Of a DNA stretch of 64,000 bases, positions 59,944-64,000 are shown piece after piece. The stretch's first letter is position 1. Every line of letters starts with the position of its first letter. The stretch comes from Flavobacteriales bacterium (GTDB taxonomy: Bacteria > Bacteroidota > Bacteroidia > Flavobacteriales_F > PHOS-HE28). The position numbers were made by a program, and so were the translations under genes. Below the pieces are notes generated by a model. It was not told where the DNA came from. It saw nothing but the letters and a program-made list of their open reading frames with translations, and searched no databases. The stretch is from the NCBI GenBank assembly GCA_016705545.1, contig JADIYA010000007.1, positions 10,953 to 74,952 on the forward strand. Reading direction: 5' to 3'.

Positions 59944-60938
59944 CTCGCTCTCAGGATCGGGAACAGCGGCTCCAGGATGCTCAGGGTCGCCTCGGCCATG
60001 GCATTGCCGGTATCGAGCGCCGGGTTGATCTCCACCACATCGAGCGTGGCCGTCTTCGGGTCGGCGCAGAAGCCGCTGAGCAGGGCGCGCGCTTCTTCCA
60101 GGTTCAGCCCGTTCGGCACCGGAGTGCCCGTGCCCACCGAAATGCTCGGATCCAAACTGTCCACATCGAAGCTGATGTGCAATCGCTGGCAGCCCGTGAG
60201 GTGGGCCAAGGTCTCCTTCAGGGCCGCATCGGTACCGTGCTTCCGGAGATCATCGACCGTGATGACCTTGATGCCATGCTCCTTGATGATGGCCTCTTCC
60301 TCGGGCTCGTAGTCGCGCAGCGCGATGAAGACCAAGTCGCTCGGCAGGAGCTTCGGTCCGCTCACGCCGATCTTCCGGAGGCGGTCCCAAGTGTCCATGG
60401 TGTAAACGCGGGGGCGGTTCTTGCCCTTCTTCTCGATCTGCATCAACAGGGCGAGCGGCATACCGTGAACGTTCCCGCTGGGGGTCGTCCACGGGCTATG
60501 GAGGTCGGCATGGGCATCGATCCACACCACACCCAAGCGCTGATCGGGGAAGGCCATCTTGGTGCCTGAAACGGAACCGATCGCGATGGAATGATCGCCT
60601 CCGACAACAATCGGAAAAACACTGTTGCGCAGGTACTTGTACACCTCGTAGGCCAGGTCGCTCTCGAAGCGGATCAAACCGTCGATGTGGTGGGCGTTGG
60701 GGCTGCGGTCGTCTTCGTAGAGCACGTCGTTCTCGTCGCGCAGGATGCTCTCCTCGGCGTGGCCGAAGAGTTCGCTGCCCAGCTTCCATGCGGCCACGCG
60801 CAGGGCGGCCATGCCCATGCTGGTGCCCCGGGTGCCAGCGCCGATCTCCGACGCGGCCTCAATCAATCGCAAATCCATGCGGGCGAAGGTAATCGGGGCG
60901 TCCAAGGAGCATTCCGCCTTGAAACTTCGGGGGTTCAT
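59940..60938 (-). CDS. arginase-family (ureohydrolase) protein
   Basis: GGDHSIAIGSVSG, WIDAHADLHSP...SGNVHGMPLA, ISFDVDSLDPS...GTGTPVPNGL, VEINPALD (Mn-binding motifs). Start at MNPRSFK (60938) or MDLRLIEAASEIGAGTRG (60878). The 89-aa N-terminal extension in the track ORF is rejected. The stop overlaps the downstream start (ATGA). Confidence 0.85.
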   Translation of the reverse strand: MNPRSFKAECSLDAPITFARMDLRLIEAASEIGAGTRGTSMGMAALRVAAWKLGSELFGHAEESILRDENDVLYEDDRSPNAHHIDGLIRFESDLAYEVYKYLRNSVFPIVVGGDHSIAIGSVSGTKMAFPDQRLGVVWIDAHADLHSPWTTPSGNVHGMPLALLMQIEKKGKNRPRVYTMDTWDRLRKIGVSGPKLLPSDLVFIALRDYEPEEEAIIKEHGIKVITVDDLRKHGTDAALKETLAHLTGCQRLHISFDVDSLDPSISVGTGTPVPNGLNLEEARALLSGFCADPKTATLDVVEINPALDTGNAMAEATLSILEPLFPILRAR

Positions 60939-60972
60939 CGTTCGTAGGAGGCGGACCATCGAACCCTTCAGC

Positions 60973-61209
60973 ATGACAAACCGGATCCACCTGCTCATCT
61001 CCGCCAGCGCGCTGCTCTTCTTGAGCTGCAACTCGAGCCTGCTGCAATCACGGATCTCCGAAGGCACCATCGAGTACGCGCTCAGCTTCCCCGGAGCTGA
61101 CCCCGACGGGCTCATGGCGGGCATGTTGCCGGAAAAGACCATCCTCAGTTTCAACGAGGACATGCAGGCGGCGGAGGTGAGCGCCGGCATGGGGCTATTC
61201 CGCACCTGA
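60973..61209 (+). CDS. small lipoprotein (possibly the N-terminal part of a longer frameshifted gene continuing in 61238-61672)
   Basis: MTNRIHLLISASALLFLSCNSS (lipobox LSC). Ends GMGLFRT*. The next two frames read LMLADNEARSRWTTT* and then MDYHLSMMGKR... within 40 nt. Confidence 0.5.
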   Translation: MTNRIHLLISASALLFLSCNSSLLQSRISEGTIEYALSFPGADPDGLMAGMLPEKTILSFNEDMQAAEVSAGMGLFRT

Positions 61210-61237
61210 TGCTGGCGGATAACGAGGCGCGAAGCAG

Positions 61238-61672
61238 ATGGACTACCACCTGAGCATGATGGGCAAGCGCATCGTGAGCCACCTGAAGCCGCGCGACCTG
61301 GAGCTATTCAACAGCGAGAGCGGCAAGGCCACGATCCTCTACACCGGCGATATCGACACCATTGCGGGCTATCCCTGCAAGAAGGCGCTGGCCATCTTCA
61401 ACCACATGGACCAGCGCGAGATCGAGTTGTGGTTCACGGACCGCATCGCCATGAACAACCCCAACTGGTTCAACCCCTTCAGTGAGGTGCCCGGTGTGCT
61501 GCTACGCTACGAAGTGGTGCAGAACGGCATCCGCATGAAGCTCGATGCCGTGAGCGTGACCCCCGGCAAGGTCGATGAAGCCAAGTTCAAGCCCAAGGCC
61601 GACCACGAAGCGGTTTCCGCCGAAGCGCTCCACCACGAGCTCGGCGAGGTGATGGGGACCTTCTCCATGTAA
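61238..61672 (+). CDS. hypothetical protein (may be the C-terminal part of the preceding lipoprotein gene)
   Basis: 144-aa ORF MDYHLSMMGKRIVSHLKPRDLELF... with no signal peptide of its own. Followed by an AGCC-GAAA-GGCT / GCTCCG-C-CGGAGC hairpin region. Confidence 0.5.
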   Translation: MDYHLSMMGKRIVSHLKPRDLELFNSESGKATILYTGDIDTIAGYPCKKALAIFNHMDQREIELWFTDRIAMNNPNWFNPFSEVPGVLLRYEVVQNGIRMKLDAVSVTPGKVDEAKFKPKADHEAVSAEALHHELGEVMGTFSM

Positions 61673-61859
61673 AGCTGCTCCTTCGCTGCGCTCGGAGTGA
61701 CCGAGGTAAGCCGAAAGGCTCCGCCGGAGCGCTTCTCCTCTCAGATTTCAGATTCTCAGTTTCAGATTTGGGCTTCGCCCACACCCCCCTGTTGATACTA
61801 CCGGTCAGCTGGGACCCGTTCATCCAAGGCACGGCTTCGACCTTCGACGCATCGCTCGC

Positions 61860-64000
61860 ATGTGCGCGCGAAGCCCGTATTCCACCTTGGCAAACGAGAA
61901 GCGCAACCGCCTCCGCGAAGAGGCACCCGAAGAAGAGTCCCCGGCCGCAGAGCCCAAGAAGCGCCGTGCACGGAAGGCTGCAGATGAAGGCCCCGGCGCT
62001 TGGAGCCGCTTCAAAGGCTTCCTCACCGACGAGCGCAGCCACAAGCTCTTCGGCATGGGGCTCATCCTGAGTGGGCTCTTCCTGCTCACCGCCTTCACCA
62101 GCTTCCTCTTCACCTGGAGGGTCGATCAGGACCTCATGTCGCGCGGGTGGTGGGAGATCCTGCGCACCGACATCGCCGCAGAGAACTGGTTAGGGAAGCT
62201 CGGCGCCATCTGCGCGCACCGCTTCATCCACGTGTGGTTCGGGCTGGCGGCCTTCGCCTTGCCGCTTTGGAGCTTCCTCGCCGGGGTCCGCATCCTGCTG
62301 GGCACCTGGCTGCTGCCCACGCGCCGCACCTTGGGTTGGACGACCATGGCCCTGTTCTGGATCCCCGCGCTGCTCGGCTTCTTCTTCCGGGGCGAATACA
62401 GTTTCCTCGGCGGCGGCTTGGGCGTGGTGATCACGAAGCACCTCACCACCCTGCTCGGCGAATTCGGCGCGGGCGCCTTGCTCGTGTTCTCGGCGGGCGC
62501 ATTCGCGGTGTACAGCTTCAACCTCAACTTCGGATGGGTCGGCAAGCTCTTCGCGAAGAAGCAAATGGCAGAAGAAGCCGTTGCTGAGGAGCCCGCAGTG
62601 AGCTCTGGCGTGAGAATGAAGCAGGAATGGAGGGATAGCGGGTATGCTGAAAAGAGCGTGGTTGCGGGTGCAGGGCTTGAGTTGGACGTAGAGCCTAACG
62701 AGATCGCTTTGGGCGGGGGGATCGAGATGGAGGTAGCGGGCGACGAGATCGCTTCGGCCTCCGGCCTCGCGATGACAGACAAGCTCGCTTCGGCCGAGGG
62801 CCTCGCGCTGACCGAACAGGCCAACGAACTGCAGTTGGAGACCACGCCGATGGAAGTGGTGGAACCCGTGCGCTCACCGGTGATCAGCACCGCCGAAGAC
62901 CTGAACGGCGACCTCAATGGCATGAGCGTGACAGCCAACACCGAAGAGGCCGTGCTCAGCGATGACCAGATCGAGGCCAAGCTCGCGGAGTTCGGGGAAT
63001 ACGACCCGAAACTCGACCTGAGCAGCTACGAGCCTCCCCCGCTTGACCTGCTCGTGGACCACGGCACCGGCGAGATCACCGTGACGAAGGAAGAGCTCGA
63101 GATGAACAAGGATCGCATCGTGCAGACCCTTGGCCACTACAACATCGGCATCGACAAGATCAAGGCGACGATCGGGCCCACGGTCACGCTGTACGAGATC
63201 ATCCCGCAAGCGGGCGTGCGCATCAGCAAGATCAAGAACCTCGAGGACGACATCGCGCTGAGCCTCGCCGCGCTGGGGATCCGCATCATCGCGCCGATCC
63301 CCGGCAAAGGCACCATCGGCATCGAAGTGCCCAACAGCAAGCCGCAAGTGGTGGGCATGCGCGCCGTGGTGGCCAGCGAGAAATTCCAGAACAGCACCAT
63401 GGACCTGCCACTGGTGCTGGGCAAGACCATCACCAACGAGACCTTCATCACCGACCTCACCAAGATGCCGCACTTGCTCATGGCCGGTGCCACGGGTCAG
63501 GGCAAGTCCGTTGGCTTGAACGCCATCCTCGTTTCGCTGCTCTACAAGAAGCACCCGAGCCAGATCAAGTTCGTGCTCGTGGATCCGAAGAAGGTGGAGC
63601 TCACCCTCTTCAACAAGATCGAGCGCCACTTCCTGGCCAAGCTGCCCGGCGATAGCGACGCCATCATCACCGATACCAAGAAGGTGGTGGCCACGCTGAA
63701 CAGCCTGTGCATCGAGATGGACGAGCGCTACGAACTGCTGAAGGATGCGCAGGTCCGCAACATCAAGGAGTACAACGCCAAGTTCATCAGCCGCCGCCTG
63801 AACCCGGAGAACGGCCACCGCTACCTCCCCTACATCGTGCTGGTGGTGGATGAGTTCGCCGATCTGATCATGACGGCGGGCCGCGAAGTGGAAACGCCCA
63901 TCGCCCGCCTGGCGCAGCTGGCGCGCGCCATCGGCATCCACCTCATCATCGCCACGCAGCGCCCGAGCGTCAACATCATCACCGGCACCATCAAGGCCAA
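61860..64000 (+). CDS. ftsK: DNA translocase FtsK/SpoIIIE, 3' end beyond the window
   Basis: Frame open from the stop at 61707 to the window end. Start MCARSPYSTLANEKRNRLREE (ATG 61860) or in-frame TTG 61887 (MANEKRNRL). N-terminal TM helices, long acidic linker, then ...LLMAGATGQGKSVGLNAIL (Walker A), LPYIVLVVDEFADL (Walker B), IHLIIATQRPSVNIITGTIKAN. Confidence 0.9.
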   Translation, partial: MCARSPYSTLANEKRNRLREEAPEEESPAAEPKKRRARKAADEGPGAWSRFKGFLTDERSHKLFGMGLILSGLFLLTAFTSFLFTWRVDQDLMSRGWWEILRTDIAAENWLGKLGAICAHRFIHVWFGLAAFALPLWSFLAGVRILLGTWLLPTRRTLGWTTMALFWIPALLGFFFRGEYSFLGGGLGVVITKHLTTLLGEFGAGALLVFSAGAFAVYSFNLNFGWVGKLFAKKQMAEEAVAEEPAVSSGVRMKQEWRDSGYAEKSVVAGAGLELDVEPNEIALGGGIEMEVAGDEIASASGLAMTDKLASAEGLALTEQANELQLETTPMEVVEPVRSPVISTAEDLNGDLNGMSVTANTEEAVLSDDQIEAKLAEFGEYDPKLDLSSYEPPPLDLLVDHGTGEITVTKEELEMNKDRIVQTLGHYNIGIDKIKATIGPTVTLYEIIPQAGVRISKIKNLEDDIALSLAALGIRIIAPIPGKGTIGIEVPNSKPQVVGMRAVVASEKFQNSTMDLPLVLGKTITNETFITDLTKMPHLLMAGATGQGKSVGLNAILVSLLYKKHPSQIKFVLVDPKKVELTLFNKIERHFLAKLPGDSDAIITDTKKVVATLNSLCIEMDERYELLKDAQVRNIKEYNAKFISRRLNPENGHRYLPYIVLVVDEFADLIMTAGREVETPIARLAQLARAIGIHLIIATQRPSVNIITGTIKA

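Overview
High-GC (~64%) chromosomal segment that reads as Bacteroidota-type. The evidence is a tmRNA whose tag ends ...YALAA, many secreted proteins with type IX secretion (T9SS/Por) C-terminal sorting domains, a SprB-like giant adhesin followed by a PorP/SprF gene, ribosomal protein THX, and a Bacteroidetes-style TAnnTTTG -7 promoter motif upstream of hup. I call about 56 protein genes, one tmRNA and one tRNA-Arg(ACG). Housekeeping genes (acs, ilvE, recQ, mpg, fmt, hup, trmH-like, pdxH, rpsA, argS, ftsK) are interleaved with secreted hydrolases and adhesins. The secreted set includes an M14 carboxypeptidase, an M1 aminopeptidase, a metzincin, an S9 prolyl oligopeptidase, a beta-lactamase-fold esterase, a beta-helix protein and repeat proteins. 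There is also a two-component cluster (two stand-alone receivers plus a soluble histidine kinase), an SPFH/NfeD pair, a small exopolysaccharide module (flippase-GT4-GT2) and an arginase/amidinotransferase operon next to argS. I saw no integrases, transposases, CRISPR arrays or recognisable defence or toxin-antitoxin islands. The most striking thing read directly from the sequence is at least eight single-nucleotide frameshifts, all in short C/G homopolymers, that split otherwise well-conserved genes (abgT, an RnfD-like gene, the SprB-like gene, argS three times, and the amidinotransferase twice). That pattern, and the fact that the essential argS gene is hit, points to systematic homopolymer under-calling in the assembly rather than biology. 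Functionally unexplained but worth a look: a PorQ/FadL-like outer-membrane protein paired with a 723-aa ComEA-type helix-hairpin-helix plus beta-barrel protein; a flippase with a C-terminal glycosyltransferase-N-like extension; a THX protein with a histone-H1-like AKKAAPKK tail; and a deiodinase-like thioredoxin-fold protein lacking the redox Cys/Sec. Coordinates that I derived by hand counting may be off by 1 to 3 nt.
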